Origin: Flavobacteriales bacterium
Lineage (GTDB): Bacteria > Bacteroidota > Bacteroidia > Flavobacteriales_C > GCA-002722245
Reading direction: 5' to 3'
Length of the DNA: 64,000 nucleotides
NCBI GenBank assembly: GCA_002717515.1
Contig: PBEC01000017.1
Coordinates: 9,159-73,158 of the forward strand
The stretch's first letter is position 1. Each line of letters begins with the position of its first letter. A program made the translations under genes and the position numbers. Under the pieces are notes generated by a model that was not told the origin of the DNA, did no database searches, and saw only the letters and a list, made by a program, of their open reading frames with translations. Of this stretch, positions 20,848 to 30,964 are shown piece after piece.

Positions 20848-21515
20848 TACATTTCCAATAATGTTGTTACTATCTTGCCTTTCCACTTGAGCTCATCTAC
20901 AGAGACAAGCTCTCTGAAGTTTTTAACTCTCAAATTAAAAGGAGGCTCAAAAAGATTGATACCACTGTTTTTCTTTAAACGTATTCCCTGACCTGAAATC
21001 TGATCAATATTTGGTAAAAAGTCGCCTTTCGGAACGTGTTCCGTGAGAATTACGTATTTATATATAGATAATTTGTCAATTATAATTTGTACCTCTTCAT
21101 TGGATAAATGTTGAAGTACTTGCCTTAAAATTGCACAATCTCCTTTTGGAAGAACTTCTTTTGAAATGTCCAAATTAATGAAACTCAAATTGTTCGCCTG
21201 AAACTTTTTTTTATTTCGATCAATCAAACTTTCAACGACATCTACTGCAGTTAATGTACCCGAAAATTTTAGCAGCTGATTGCCAATATTAAAATCGCCA
21301 CATCCTAAATCAACCAATTTTAATGGTACTTCGAATGAAGTTAAGAATTCAGAGACTACCTTTATATATGGGGCAACAATCGAAGAGTTGTGAGACCCAT
21401 CACCGGAATAAAACTCACCTTTATTTCCTCCCCAAAGATTCAATGTATAAACTTGTTCCATAGCCTCTTTTGTCGGCCATGGCGTTTTGTTCGAATCCTG
21501 AGCCATCTTAACCAT
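20844..21515 (-). CDS. Class I SAM-dependent methyltransferase
   Basis: Motif I LVDLGCGDFNIGNQLL and overall Rossmann MTase layout. The 3' end overlaps the 3' end of the MutS-like gene by 4 nt (convergent). Confidence 0.6.
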   Translation of the reverse strand: MVKMAQDSNKTPWPTKEAMEQVYTLNLWGGNKGEFYSGDGSHNSSIVAPYIKVVSEFLTSFEVPLKLVDLGCGDFNIGNQLLKFSGTLTAVDVVESLIDRNKKKFQANNLSFINLDISKEVLPKGDCAILRQVLQHLSNEEVQIIIDKLSIYKYVILTEHVPKGDFLPNIDQISGQGIRLKKNSGINLFEPPFNLRVKNFRELVSVDELKWKGKIVTTLLEMY

Positions 21516-21625
21516 AAACTATTTAAAATCAATTATTTAACAAGCTGAAACATTTGATATTTCTATAGAAAGATAACGATTTAATTTTACCTGTTCTCGT
21601 AATGGTTTTTTATCTATTTTTAGTT

Positions 21626-22120
21626 ATGAGCACTTCATCGAATCTTTGTTTGTCCTGTAGAATGTGCTGCGATGGAACTGCGGTTGGGTTTGTAAAGGTA
21701 GAAAGCTATGAAGCTGAAAAAATCACAAATATTTTAGACGTTGAAACCGAAAACGGAAAAGGATTTTTTTTACAACCGTGCACCAAACTGACCTCCTGTG
21801 GTTGTGAAATATATAATGAACGGCCTAAGCAGTGTATTGATTTTCAATGCAATATTTTACGTTCTCTTAACCAAAATAAAATCCGTCTTATCGATGCTTT
21901 AGACTTGGTTCGGAAAGCTAAAAGAAAAAAAAACACCATAGAGTCGATGATCCAAAATCAGCAAATCGAATTAACTTCAAACTCTTTTTATTTTAAGGTT
22001 TGGGAACTACGAAAAAAATTAAATCGCCAACCTAACCCTTCCAAGGAGTTAAAAACTTTAATTCAAGAAATTGAAGAGTTGAACAAAATATTTTGTGAAA
22101 ATTCTAATTCCTGTTTTTAA
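21626..22120 (+). CDS. YkgJ-family Cys-cluster (putative Zn/Fe-chelating, PF03692-like) protein
   Basis: CLSCRMCCDGT ... CTKLTSCGCEIYNERPKQC..FQC matches the CxxCxxCC...C pattern. The start is taken at the internal Met MSTSSN. Confidence 0.5.
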   Translation: MSTSSNLCLSCRMCCDGTAVGFVKVESYEAEKITNILDVETENGKGFFLQPCTKLTSCGCEIYNERPKQCIDFQCNILRSLNQNKIRLIDALDLVRKAKRKKNTIESMIQNQQIELTSNSFYFKVWELRKKLNRQPNPSKELKTLIQEIEELNKIFCENSNSCF

Positions 22121-22201
22121 CCTATCACTAAACATCTAACTATTGAATTACCTTTTTAACAATGTAAGGTTTATGAACGACTTATTTGCTAACTTTGTAC
22201 T

Positions 22202-23374
22202 ATGCAAAGGGTTGTTGTAGGTTTAAGTGGAGGAGTTGATTCCAGTGTTTCTGCATACTTGTTAAAAGAGCAAGGTTATGAAGTGATTGGTTTATTCATG
22301 AAAAACTGGCACGACGCATCAGTAACTTTGGAGTCCGATTGCCCATGGATTGAAGATTCTACTGATGCTCTTCTTGTTGCCGAAAAATTAGGAATTCCTT
22401 TTCAGGTTATTGATTTTTCCGAAATTTACAAAAAGCGTATTGTCGACTACATGTTCAATGAGTACGAAAAAGGAAGGACACCCAATCCTGATGTACTTTG
22501 TAATCGTGAAATCAAATTCGATGTTTTTCTTGACAAATGTTTAGAGCTAGGTGCTGACTATGTTGCCACTGGACATTACTGTCAAAAATCAGAATTTAAA
22601 AAAGGAAAAAAAACAATTTTTCAACTCAAGGCCGGTGCAGATAAAAATAAGGATCAAAGCTATTTTTTGTGTCAACTTAATCAAAACCAACTCTCAAAAG
22701 CACTATTTCCTATTGGTCATTTGCAAAAGCCTGAAGTCCGAAAAATTGCTGAAGAACAAGGTCTTGTAACAGCAAATAAAAAAGATTCTCAAGGGCTTTG
22801 TTTTATAGGTAAAGTACATCTTCCGGATTTTCTTCAACAACAACTCAAACCAAAATCCGGAGAAATCATAGAAATACCTAAAGACTCTCCAATATACGAA
22901 TCAGAGGCATCAAATGACATTAAAATTTTAACCGCACCGCATATACATAATCCCGAAAACGGAAAAGTTGTAGGAAAGCATAACGGAGCCCACTTCTTCA
23001 CAATAGGTCAAAGAAAAGGACTTGGTGTTGGAGGTAAAATAGAGCCATTATTCGTAATCGATACTGACGTTGAAAAAAATATTGTTTACACAGGTCAAGG
23101 CCATGATCACCCTGGTTTAAATCGCAAAGGACTATTTATCAAAAAAGATGAAATTCACTGGACACGTGACGATTTAAAAATGAAACCGGGTGATGAACGT
23201 AAATATATGAGTAGAATACGTTATCGACAAAGTCTTTCTCCCGCAATATTGAAGATGTTGCCGGATGGTCTTTACATTACCTTCAAAGAAATACAACGTG
23301 GTGTGGCAGCGGGTCAATTTGCAGCTTGGTATGATGAAGATGAACTTATTGGTTCTGGAGTTATTTCAAGCTGA
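22202..23374 (+). CDS. mnmA: tRNA-specific 2-thiouridylase MnmA
   Basis: PP-loop [18 protein letters not shown], and catalytic Cys blocks (CN..IKF; GLCFIGK). Confidence 0.9.
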   Translation: MQRVVVGLSGGVDSSVSAYLLKEQGYEVIGLFMKNWHDASVTLESDCPWIEDSTDALLVAEKLGIPFQVIDFSEIYKKRIVDYMFNEYEKGRTPNPDVLCNREIKFDVFLDKCLELGADYVATGHYCQKSEFKKGKKTIFQLKAGADKNKDQSYFLCQLNQNQLSKALFPIGHLQKPEVRKIAEEQGLVTANKKDSQGLCFIGKVHLPDFLQQQLKPKSGEIIEIPKDSPIYESEASNDIKILTAPHIHNPENGKVVGKHNGAHFFTIGQRKGLGVGGKIEPLFVIDTDVEKNIVYTGQGHDHPGLNRKGLFIKKDEIHWTRDDLKMKPGDERKYMSRIRYRQSLSPAILKMLPDGLYITFKEIQRGVAAGQFAAWYDEDELIGSGVISS

Positions 23375-23441
23375 ATCAAAAAAAATTCTGAGATATTTAA
23401 AAATCTTTCATCCAATTGCTGGTTGGAACTGAAAATCAGTG

Positions 23442-23449
23442 TATTTTTG
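23442..23449 (+). promoter_or_regulatory. Bacteroidota-type -7 promoter element (TAnnTTTG) upstream of the lipoprotein gene
   Basis: TATTTTTG lies about 25 nt upstream of the ATG at 23474. Candidate TTG -33 elements are at 23416 and 23423. Confidence 0.35.
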
Positions 23450-23473
23450 CCCCAAACTTTAATTTTTTATACA

Positions 23474-24154
23474 ATGAAATATTTTATCTCCTCAATTTTT
23501 ATACTTTTTGGTATTTTATCTTGTAAAATTGTTCACTCTACTTCATTCAACAAAAACAACAGTGGTGAAATTTCCGTTTACATCAATATTGAACAGTTTG
23601 CCCAAAAAATGGGAAAAAAATCAACAGGTAAAACAAAAGAAAAACTTGATTTTGATAATAAAAAAAATGAAAACTTAAACAACTTGACAATGGTTGAATA
23701 CATCAGTCAAACCGAGGGAGTCTCTGATGTTAAATCCATATTCGATGAAGAAAAATATACCTACGGATTACAGTTGAAATTCAAAAACACATCCAGTTTA
23801 AATACAGCGATGAATAAGATTAAGCACTATGTAAGCAGTGAAAAAGACTCAACCGCAATTCTTGATAATTTTGAATACTACAAATTCTCGAAGAAAACTT
23901 TAGTAATCAACGAACCACTCAAACGAAAAGGGGAAACAAAAAGATCCAGCGAAGAAATTAAAAAAATGGATGAGATGATGAGCGATATGATTTCTATGGA
24001 ATGGGAAATTTCCTTTGCTTCAAGAAAAATTAAAAAAGTAGATTCAAAACTTGAAGTAGTTTTGAATGGTAAAAAACAGGTGACAATAAGTATCGATGGC
24101 GCTGAAATGAACAAAAGAACAACTGAAACAATCGCTACTATTCTGTTAAAATGA
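23474..24154 (+). CDS. Hypothetical lipoprotein
   Basis: The internal Met gives the signal/lipobox MKYFISSIFILFGILSC. The longer ORF from 23423 lacks a signal peptide and overlaps the promoter-like element. Confidence 0.4.
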   Translation: MKYFISSIFILFGILSCKIVHSTSFNKNNSGEISVYINIEQFAQKMGKKSTGKTKEKLDFDNKKNENLNNLTMVEYISQTEGVSDVKSIFDEEKYTYGLQLKFKNTSSLNTAMNKIKHYVSSEKDSTAILDNFEYYKFSKKTLVINEPLKRKGETKRSSEEIKKMDEMMSDMISMEWEISFASRKIKKVDSKLEVVLNGKKQVTISIDGAEMNKRTTETIATILLK

Positions 24155-24183
24155 TTTTTTTTTGATTAAAATTATCAATAAAT

Positions 24184-24210
24184 AAAAAACGCGCATAATG
24201 CGCGTTTTTT
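24184..24210. terminator. Bidirectional rho-independent terminator shared by the convergent genes 23474..24154 (+) and the alpha-2-macroglobulin gene (-)
   Basis: aaaaaaCGCGCAtaaTGCGCGtttttt is a perfect 6-bp GC-rich stem flanked by an A-tract and a T-tract. Confidence 0.8.
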
Positions 24211-24217
24211 ATTTGAC

Positions 24218-27200
24218 TCATTTTACAACAACCCATCTTCCTTTCTTTCGAGCGTTTATCGTATTGTCATACATCGCTTCGGATTCAATAGATGGTAGAT
24301 AAAATCTCCCTTTGTAAGCTGCATTTAACTTTACTACAAAGGTTTTTGTGTACCCAATACTTAAACCATAATAGGTGTAAACTCTATCGTCTCTTATATC
24401 TTTATAATCAGCTCTACTCCCCTCTTCAGAGTTGTACAAGTCCATCCTTGAATTATGAATCTCCCAACCCGAAGGAAAAATTTGATTAATGGCCATTTCT
24501 CTCAAATATCCCTTCGTACCAGGATTTTTAACTGTTACCTTAACTTTAAAATCGGTACCCTGAAGAATGGTGTCGGGATTAATTCGATTACCATCCAAAT
24601 CATAATATTTTAAATCCATAACCAAATGGCTTTGAGCATCGGTTCTATCATCAGTTGCTGGAACCCCACTTTGAACCAGTTTGACAAACAGTAAACTTTT
24701 CCCTGTATTTTTTATAGTTATTTTATCATCTTTTTCTGGCTTTAAATCAACCTTATAAACAGGTATCTTAGCATTAATAGACTGATTGCTGTTACCTGCC
24801 AATAAGTAATCAAACTGCATAAAATCAGAATTATGTTCACCTAAAAACTTACTCACTGCCAAGAGCGAATATGCTGTGGTTTGTGTACTCATCCAGTAAG
24901 ATTCACCCAAACGTTTTGCAATGTCCTTTGCTAAAAAAATTGCTTTATCCTTGTCTCGAAGCTCAAGCAGTGTTTCTAAAATCATGGCTTTATCTCGGAC
25001 AGCTGAACCAAAAGAGTAACTCAATTCTCGATATTCAGGAATTTCCATAGTTAATGAATAAACGATTTCATTTGCCACATCAGTTTGACCAGCCATAGCG
25101 TATGCTGCGGCCAATCTCCATTTGCAAAGGGTGTTCAATTTCTTTTTCGACTTTAGGTAGTTCATTGATGCAAAATCAGCATGTCCCGCCTTTGCAAGCA
25201 CATATAATCGATAAGCTTGAGTATTAAACTCCCAAGAATGATTTCCACTGTATCGCCACCGCTTAGCTTGTTTTTTTTGATAACTTGCCCAGTTGTCCAA
25301 CAAATGACCAGGCACTTTATAGCCGGCCGCTTTGGCTTCTAATAAAAAGTGTCCGGCATAATTACTTCCCCACTCACTCGGAGATGTTCCTCCAGGCCAA
25401 TAGCTAAAGCCTCCTCTATCGGTTTGAAACTTAGCGATCCTGCTGATTCCTTTGGTTATGTTTTCAATTATTTTACGCTTTTGCTTGGTTGAAAGGTCTA
25501 CCACTTTGTCCAAATGTAATTGAGGAAATACAGATGAAGTAGTTTGCTCAATACAACCATGTGGATATCGAATTAGATATCTGAGTCTTTTAGTTAGGTT
25601 CATTGCAGGAAAGGTTGACACCTCAAAGCTCCCTGAATTTGTTCCTTCTATTCCGGGAAAAACAATTGAACTGTTCCATGTTTGGCCTGGTTTTATTACA
25701 GCCTCAATAACATCATCAATTTCAGGATTCGAAGCACGCACATTTATTTCTATTTCATGTTTTGCCTTTTCCTTACCCGATTCAACTAAAACCTCAACTT
25801 TTCCAAAACCTATCCTGTCGGATACTTTTACAGGAAACTCAATTATTTTATCTCCGGCTTTACTAAAGTTCAAGGTTTGAACACTACCGTTAACGGGCTT
25901 AATTAATTCATTTGTTTTTAAAGTAACCTTAACTTTTCCTTGCCCATCGTTCAGAGCAAATACATTTACGGGAATACTTAACTCTTCATTTGGACCTAAA
26001 ACTCTCGGCAAAGTAGCCAAAACCATCAGTGGTTTTTTTACTTTCACACTTTTATCAACCGAACCGTAAGCTTTTTTATTTCTGGCAACAATCATTACCC
26101 GAACTCTTCCTATATAATTCGGCATTTTAATTTGGTGCTCAAAGGTCTCTCCCTCCTTAAGTTTAAAATCTCCTAGAAACTTAACCATAGGCTTAAATCG
26201 GTTGGCTTTTTTTCCTCCTTTATTTTTTTCATTTTCACCATCACCTCCAATTCCTAAAATTCGATTTAGCTGCGCGCCATAGGCTCCAATAACATTATCA
26301 TACATATCCCACGTTTTGACTCCTAAAGCTTGTTTTGCATAAAAATGCTTCCAAGGATCGGGTGTTGCAAAACGTGTTAAATCCAATAAGCCTTCATCAA
26401 CCATTGCAAGTGTATATATCATCTCTCTTCCTTCCTTTTCACTTACTTTAATGGTTGTTGTAGATTCTGGTCGAATTTCATCCGGCATATCAATTATTGG
26501 ATAAACATGAGATTTCGGGTCCTCAACACTAACAGGAATGGTTCCATACATTCTTATTGGCATATCATTGGTAGTTTGTCCATGCGGTTGAATTAAAGAT
26601 ATACTCACAAATACATTAGGAGCCATTTCAGGAGTTGCTTCTATTTCAAAGCTAGTTTGCTTTTTATTGGTTTGAACCCAAAAAGATTTTAATACAGAGA
26701 CACCATTTTCGATTGTAATCAAAGCTTTTTCTGCTCCACCTGTTGGAAAATTCACTCTTATGTTTTCTCCAACTTTATATGAAGCTTTACTGCTTTGAAA
26801 ATTAAGCATGGTTGCAAAATCCTGATTGTCTCTTTCTGCTCTTCTCCAATATGGCCAATCGATTGTAACCATCTTACCAGAGGAATGACCACTAACAGGA
26901 TCAGTAACTCTAATCAAATAATTACCCCATTCCGGATATTCTTCTCGTATTGTAAAAAATGAGCCACTTTTTTTAACATCCATAACGGTATCCTTAATCA
27001 GCTCCGTTGATTTTCTGTTAATGTAGTTGAACAAATCTCTGTTATAGTTATCCCACCACCTGTTATTTTCAATTTTGTACACTTTTACTTTTACATTTTT
27101 TCTTTCTTGATTCTCGCCTTCTTTGTTTACTACAATTACTCCAATTTGGTGATCTTTTCCTGTTTCTAAAATGTTACCCCATCTCGAACCTTTCGGTATT

Positions 27201-29773
27201 GACACACCAACGTAGGAATCGTAAGGAGAAAATTTAACAGAAAAACGATCTACACTAAAGTCTCCTGTTTTTTCAAAAACTCGTGTTTTAAAGTATGCTT
27301 TCAACATACCTGGAGTGTACTCACTCACATCAAACTTAGGTGTAAATGAGGCTTTCCCTTCATCGTCAATTTTACCATCAAAAACCATTTGGTCAGATGC
27401 TGAAAATTTGAACAACGGATCATTGAATATATAGTCCTTATGCTTTGGGAAGCTGTTATAATCGGCTTCCAAGTGCATTTCAACCTTTGTTTCCAAATCT
27501 CTTGCTGTTGCACCATGCAACCATTCTACTTTTAAATCTGCTTTTGAAACATTGTTTTTCGAAATTATTTCCTGATGAAAATCAATATCTATTTTTAATC
27601 GATTTGGCTTTACGGTTTCTACTTTAATGTTTTTATAAAAAGTAGAATTCCCTACTCTTGCCCTACAGCTCCAGTTTCCAGTAGGATCATCAGAATCCGT
27701 AGCTGTTCTAAAAACATGTATTCCATCTTTACGACCAATTGAGATCGCTTTTTTAATGATTTTTCCTTTGGGATTAATCAACTCAAAATGTACGGGATGT
27801 TCAATAGGTAGTTTATTCGTCTGATCCTCTATCATTAAAGCAACATAAATTGAGTCACCGGGACGACGAACACCTCTCTCAGTATACAGATACCCTTTTA
27901 TTCCTCCTTTATGTGTTTGTCCGCTGGTTTCAAATTTACTTGTTGATAAACTTAAACCGTCTCGAACTTTTAAGTAACCTCTTTGGTCTCCATTTTTTAC
28001 GACAATTAAGAAAGGTTGGCGTTTTGGGGAGATTGTTGACATTCCCTCATTATCCGTTGTTCCTACACCAATGACTTGCTGCTGGTAATCTAAAATTTCA
28101 ACCTCAACATGAGCTGCTGGCTGAGTTGTCAACAAATCGGCTACATAAACATGATATTTCCTATCAGTTCCAGCTTTTACAGTAATTCCTAAATTACTTG
28201 CTAAAATATTTTTACTTACATTTTTATTGTTGAAGTAAGAATCAGAGCAGGGATTATTTCTATCCCCGTGATTATAATGGTAATCGTTATAATATCCTTC
28301 GTACTCATAATCATCCCATTCATAATAATCATAATCTCGAGAATCCTGTTCAGATCCTTCTTCCCAATTTTCAAATCGAGAATTCACATTAAGTTCTGTT
28401 AGGTCGTCAGAATTGTCATTTTTTCCTTTGCAAGGGTAATTGCTTCCCTTTTTATCGATGGCTATGTTAACCCGATAAATAGCACCTGGGTCTACATTTA
28501 TGAATTCACTCAAATCTATACTGAATTCGTTCCAAACTGAAAGGTTTACGTTTTTTAGTGATTTTAAATTTATTCGTCTTCTTAAAACTTTTCGAGATAC
28601 CCGATGCATTTGATAAGTTCCTGATAAATTATTTACTTGTAAAAACTGACCAATATTGTCGGTGAAAACTTTTGTGATTGTAACCACTACAGAATTTACA
28701 TTTACAGACTTAAAAGGAAACAATAATCCTTTATTTGAACTCGGTAAAATGGTTCCTTTTCCCATTAACTTAAGGTCGGGTTTAATGGCAAAAAAGCTCA
28801 ATTGATGTTTAGAACCATTAACCATTTTATTTCCATTGGTGTTTTTTAAACCTGCGAGTACCTCTACTTCCTTTTCTCCATTTTGACGAACTGTTGGGTA
28901 TAGTTTGACAGAATTACCATAAACAACGGTTTTAAATGAAGCACCATCCATTCTGAAAAATGATTTAACACCATGATTATTGGAGATTGGATCAGAGAAA
29001 TTAAAGGTGATGGATTGTTCTAAACCATTATCTACGCTTACATCAGTAACTTTAAAATCACCCAATGCAGGAATTTTAAATTCTTCGGAGAGCTTCTTGT
29101 TTATACCCAGTCCTTTACCGTTAAAGTTAAACTTAACAGTATATTCCTTTTCTTTTCGTGGGCAGTTTTTCAAAGTATATTCGTAGGATAATTCATTTTT
29201 TTCTTCCCAGTGAACCTTTGCATTTTCGACTCCATCAACCTCAATTAATTTTTTCAACTCCGTCGTATCAATCAAATCCGTAAAAATTACTTCTCCACTT
29301 ATGTTTACTTTTTCATAAGAACTGTTTCGATCAATACCTTTTATTAAAATATTGTAATCCAAATCGATTGTATAGAATTTAAAACTAAACTCTTGCAACT
29401 CATCGGGTGCCTCATTGACTATGGACTTTAAATTAAAAGCAACATCATATTTTGTTCCAGACTTAAACCATTTTTCAGGAATAAATTCGATTGAATAAGG
29501 ATCGGAATATCGAGCAACACCGTCGATACTTGGGGATAATTCGAACAAATCTTCGGGTAACGCTTCTCCGATTCTAAACCTATTTGTGTCAATAGGCTGT
29601 GTTAATACAACCCTTATGCCTCTCGACCTCGATACATCTCCTGAGGTAAACGCACTAATGTAGGTACTGTATTCAGGGTTAATGTAGGTGAATTTTTCCT
29701 CTTTTTTTTGTTTACAGGATGTAAAAAACACTCCAATACTCAAAATGAATAAACCAACTAATCTTGTTCTCAT
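24218..29773 (-). CDS. Alpha-2-macroglobulin family lipoprotein (thioester-containing; MG domains)
   Basis: 1851 aa. Lipoprotein signal ..FFTSC. Thioester motif YPHGCIEQTTSS (CxEQ, + strand 25544..25555). Receptor-binding-like C-terminal domain. The size and architecture are typical of bacterial A2M (YfhM-like). Confidence 0.85.
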   Translation of the reverse strand: MRTRLVGLFILSIGVFFTSCKQKKEEKFTYINPEYSTYISAFTSGDVSRSRGIRVVLTQPIDTNRFRIGEALPEDLFELSPSIDGVARYSDPYSIEFIPEKWFKSGTKYDVAFNLKSIVNEAPDELQEFSFKFYTIDLDYNILIKGIDRNSSYEKVNISGEVIFTDLIDTTELKKLIEVDGVENAKVHWEEKNELSYEYTLKNCPRKEKEYTVKFNFNGKGLGINKKLSEEFKIPALGDFKVTDVSVDNGLEQSITFNFSDPISNNHGVKSFFRMDGASFKTVVYGNSVKLYPTVRQNGEKEVEVLAGLKNTNGNKMVNGSKHQLSFFAIKPDLKLMGKGTILPSSNKGLLFPFKSVNVNSVVVTITKVFTDNIGQFLQVNNLSGTYQMHRVSRKVLRRRINLKSLKNVNLSVWNEFSIDLSEFINVDPGAIYRVNIAIDKKGSNYPCKGKNDNSDDLTELNVNSRFENWEEGSEQDSRDYDYYEWDDYEYEGYYNDYHYNHGDRNNPCSDSYFNNKNVSKNILASNLGITVKAGTDRKYHVYVADLLTTQPAAHVEVEILDYQQQVIGVGTTDNEGMSTISPKRQPFLIVVKNGDQRGYLKVRDGLSLSTSKFETSGQTHKGGIKGYLYTERGVRRPGDSIYVALMIEDQTNKLPIEHPVHFELINPKGKIIKKAISIGRKDGIHVFRTATDSDDPTGNWSCRARVGNSTFYKNIKVETVKPNRLKIDIDFHQEIISKNNVSKADLKVEWLHGATARDLETKVEMHLEADYNSFPKHKDYIFNDPLFKFSASDQMVFDGKIDDEGKASFTPKFDVSEYTPGMLKAYFKTRVFEKTGDFSVDRFSVKFSPYDSYVGVSIPKGSRWGNILETGKDHQIGVIVVNKEGENQERKNVKVKVYKIENNRWWDNYNRDLFNYINRKSTELIKDTVMDVKKSGSFFTIREEYPEWGNYLIRVTDPVSGHSSGKMVTIDWPYWRRAERDNQDFATMLNFQSSKASYKVGENIRVNFPTGGAEKALITIENGVSVLKSFWVQTNKKQTSFEIEATPEMAPNVFVSISLIQPHGQTTNDMPIRMYGTIPVSVEDPKSHVYPIIDMPDEIRPESTTTIKVSEKEGREMIYTLAMVDEGLLDLTRFATPDPWKHFYAKQALGVKTWDMYDNVIGAYGAQLNRILGIGGDGENEKNKGGKKANRFKPMVKFLGDFKLKEGETFEHQIKMPNYIGRVRVMIVARNKKAYGSVDKSVKVKKPLMVLATLPRVLGPNEELSIPVNVFALNDGQGKVKVTLKTNELIKPVNGSVQTLNFSKAGDKIIEFPVKVSDRIGFGKVEVLVESGKEKAKHEIEINVRASNPEIDDVIEAVIKPGQTWNSSIVFPGIEGTNSGSFEVSTFPAMNLTKRLRYLIRYPHGCIEQTTSSVFPQLHLDKVVDLSTKQKRKIIENITKGISRIAKFQTDRGGFSYWPGGTSPSEWGSNYAGHFLLEAKAAGYKVPGHLLDNWASYQKKQAKRWRYSGNHSWEFNTQAYRLYVLAKAGHADFASMNYLKSKKKLNTLCKWRLAAAYAMAGQTDVANEIVYSLTMEIPEYRELSYSFGSAVRDKAMILETLLELRDKDKAIFLAKDIAKRLGESYWMSTQTTAYSLLAVSKFLGEHNSDFMQFDYLLAGNSNQSINAKIPVYKVDLKPEKDDKITIKNTGKSLLFVKLVQSGVPATDDRTDAQSHLVMDLKYYDLDGNRINPDTILQGTDFKVKVTVKNPGTKGYLREMAINQIFPSGWEIHNSRMDLYNSEEGSRADYKDIRDDRVYTYYGLSIGYTKTFVVKLNAAYKGRFYLPSIESEAMYDNTINARKKGRWVVVK

Positions 29774-30124
29774 AGGTTAATATTTATAATTTGTATTTGC
29801 TGAATCAAATGTATCGATTCACAGCTTAAAAATGACATTTTATTTATAATACTCTGTAGTTATTTTATTTTTCGTTGAATTTTTTTAATTATTTGATTTT
29901 TATAGTCCCTTGAATCAAATTTCTGTTACATCTACTGAAAATTCAGACGCACAAAAATCGACAATGAAAGAACTATTAAACCCGATAAACAAATAATATA
30001 TTTAGTATTTTAACATTACATCTTAACTTTTTCCATGAAACGAACGTGATTTGCAGAATCTGCGTGTCAAAATATCGTCATCACGTCAATAGAAATAGAT
30101 ATCTTTAAGACAGAATTATTTGTT

Positions 30125-30964
30125 TTGATGAAAAAGATAGCCATACAAGGGATAGAATCTTCTTTTCATGAAGAAGCTGCCTATAAGTATTTTGGGAACA
30201 ATATTGAAACTGTTAAATGCTTATCCTTTCAGGATTTATGCGACAGTTTAAAAAACGGCAATTCGGATTACGCTGTTATGGCAATTGAAAATTCAATAGC
30301 AGGCTCATTACTCCAAAACTACACATTATTACAGGAGTATAACTTTAATATTATCGGGGAGATTTTTCTGAGGATAAAGATGAATCTTATGGTTCTTCCC
30401 GGAACAAAAATCGACGACATTAAAATTGCTCAATCTCATCCAATTGCAATACGTCAGTGCAGCAAATTTCTTACTGGCCTCAAGGATGTATTGTTGGAAG
30501 AAAAAGAAGATACAGCCATTTGCGCTAAAAACATTGCAGAGAAAAAACTTTCCAATGTAGCTGCAGTTGCCAGTGAGTCCGCTGCCGAAATTTTTGGATT
30601 AGAAATTCTTGCAAAAAGTATAGAAACAAATAAAAAGAATTTTACTCGATTTATTATACTGAGTAAAACTCCTGAAAAAGATGTTTTGAAAAATAAAGCA
30701 ACATTGTTTTTCCAACTCCCCCACGATCCGGGAGCGTTAGCAAAAATTCTAAATATTTTGGCTGCATATTCCATTAACTTAACCAAAATACAATCGGTTC
30801 CAATTGTTGGAAAACCATATGAGTACAATTTTCATGTAGACATGATATGGGAGACCTATTCTAATTATCAAAAGGCAATTGAAACTATAAAAGGAATTTC
30901 TGTGAATCTTCAAATATTAGGAGAATATAAGAAAGGTATTGTTGATTTTAAAAACGAAAAATGA
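30125..30964 (+). CDS. pheA: Prephenate dehydratase (PDT domain plus C-terminal ACT domain)
   Basis: KIAIQGIESSFHEEAA at the N-terminus, a TRF-like block (FTRFIILSK), and an ACT domain at the C-terminus. Confidence 0.85.
   Translation: MMKKIAIQGIESSFHEEAAYKYFGNNIETVKCLSFQDLCDSLKNGNSDYAVMAIENSIAGSLLQNYTLLQEYNFNIIGEIFLRIKMNLMVLPGTKIDDIKIAQSHPIAIRQCSKFLTGLKDVLLEEKEDTAICAKNIAEKKLSNVAAVASESAAEIFGLEILAKSIETNKKNFTRFIILSKTPEKDVLKNKATLFFQLPHDPGALAKILNILAAYSINLTKIQSVPIVGKPYEYNFHVDMIWETYSNYQKAIETIKGISVNLQILGEYKKGIVDFKNEK

Noticed and set aside
21480-21505. tRNA T-loop-like GTTCGAATCC sequence
   Set aside because: It lies inside the methyltransferase CDS. There are no flanking acceptor or anticodon stems, so it is not a tRNA.
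23423-23473. Longer N-terminal extension (MELKISVFLPQTLIFYT) of the lipoprotein ORF
   Set aside because: The extension lacks a signal peptide and overlaps a TAnnTTTG promoter-like element. The internal Met gives a canonical lipoprotein signal, so it was taken as the start.
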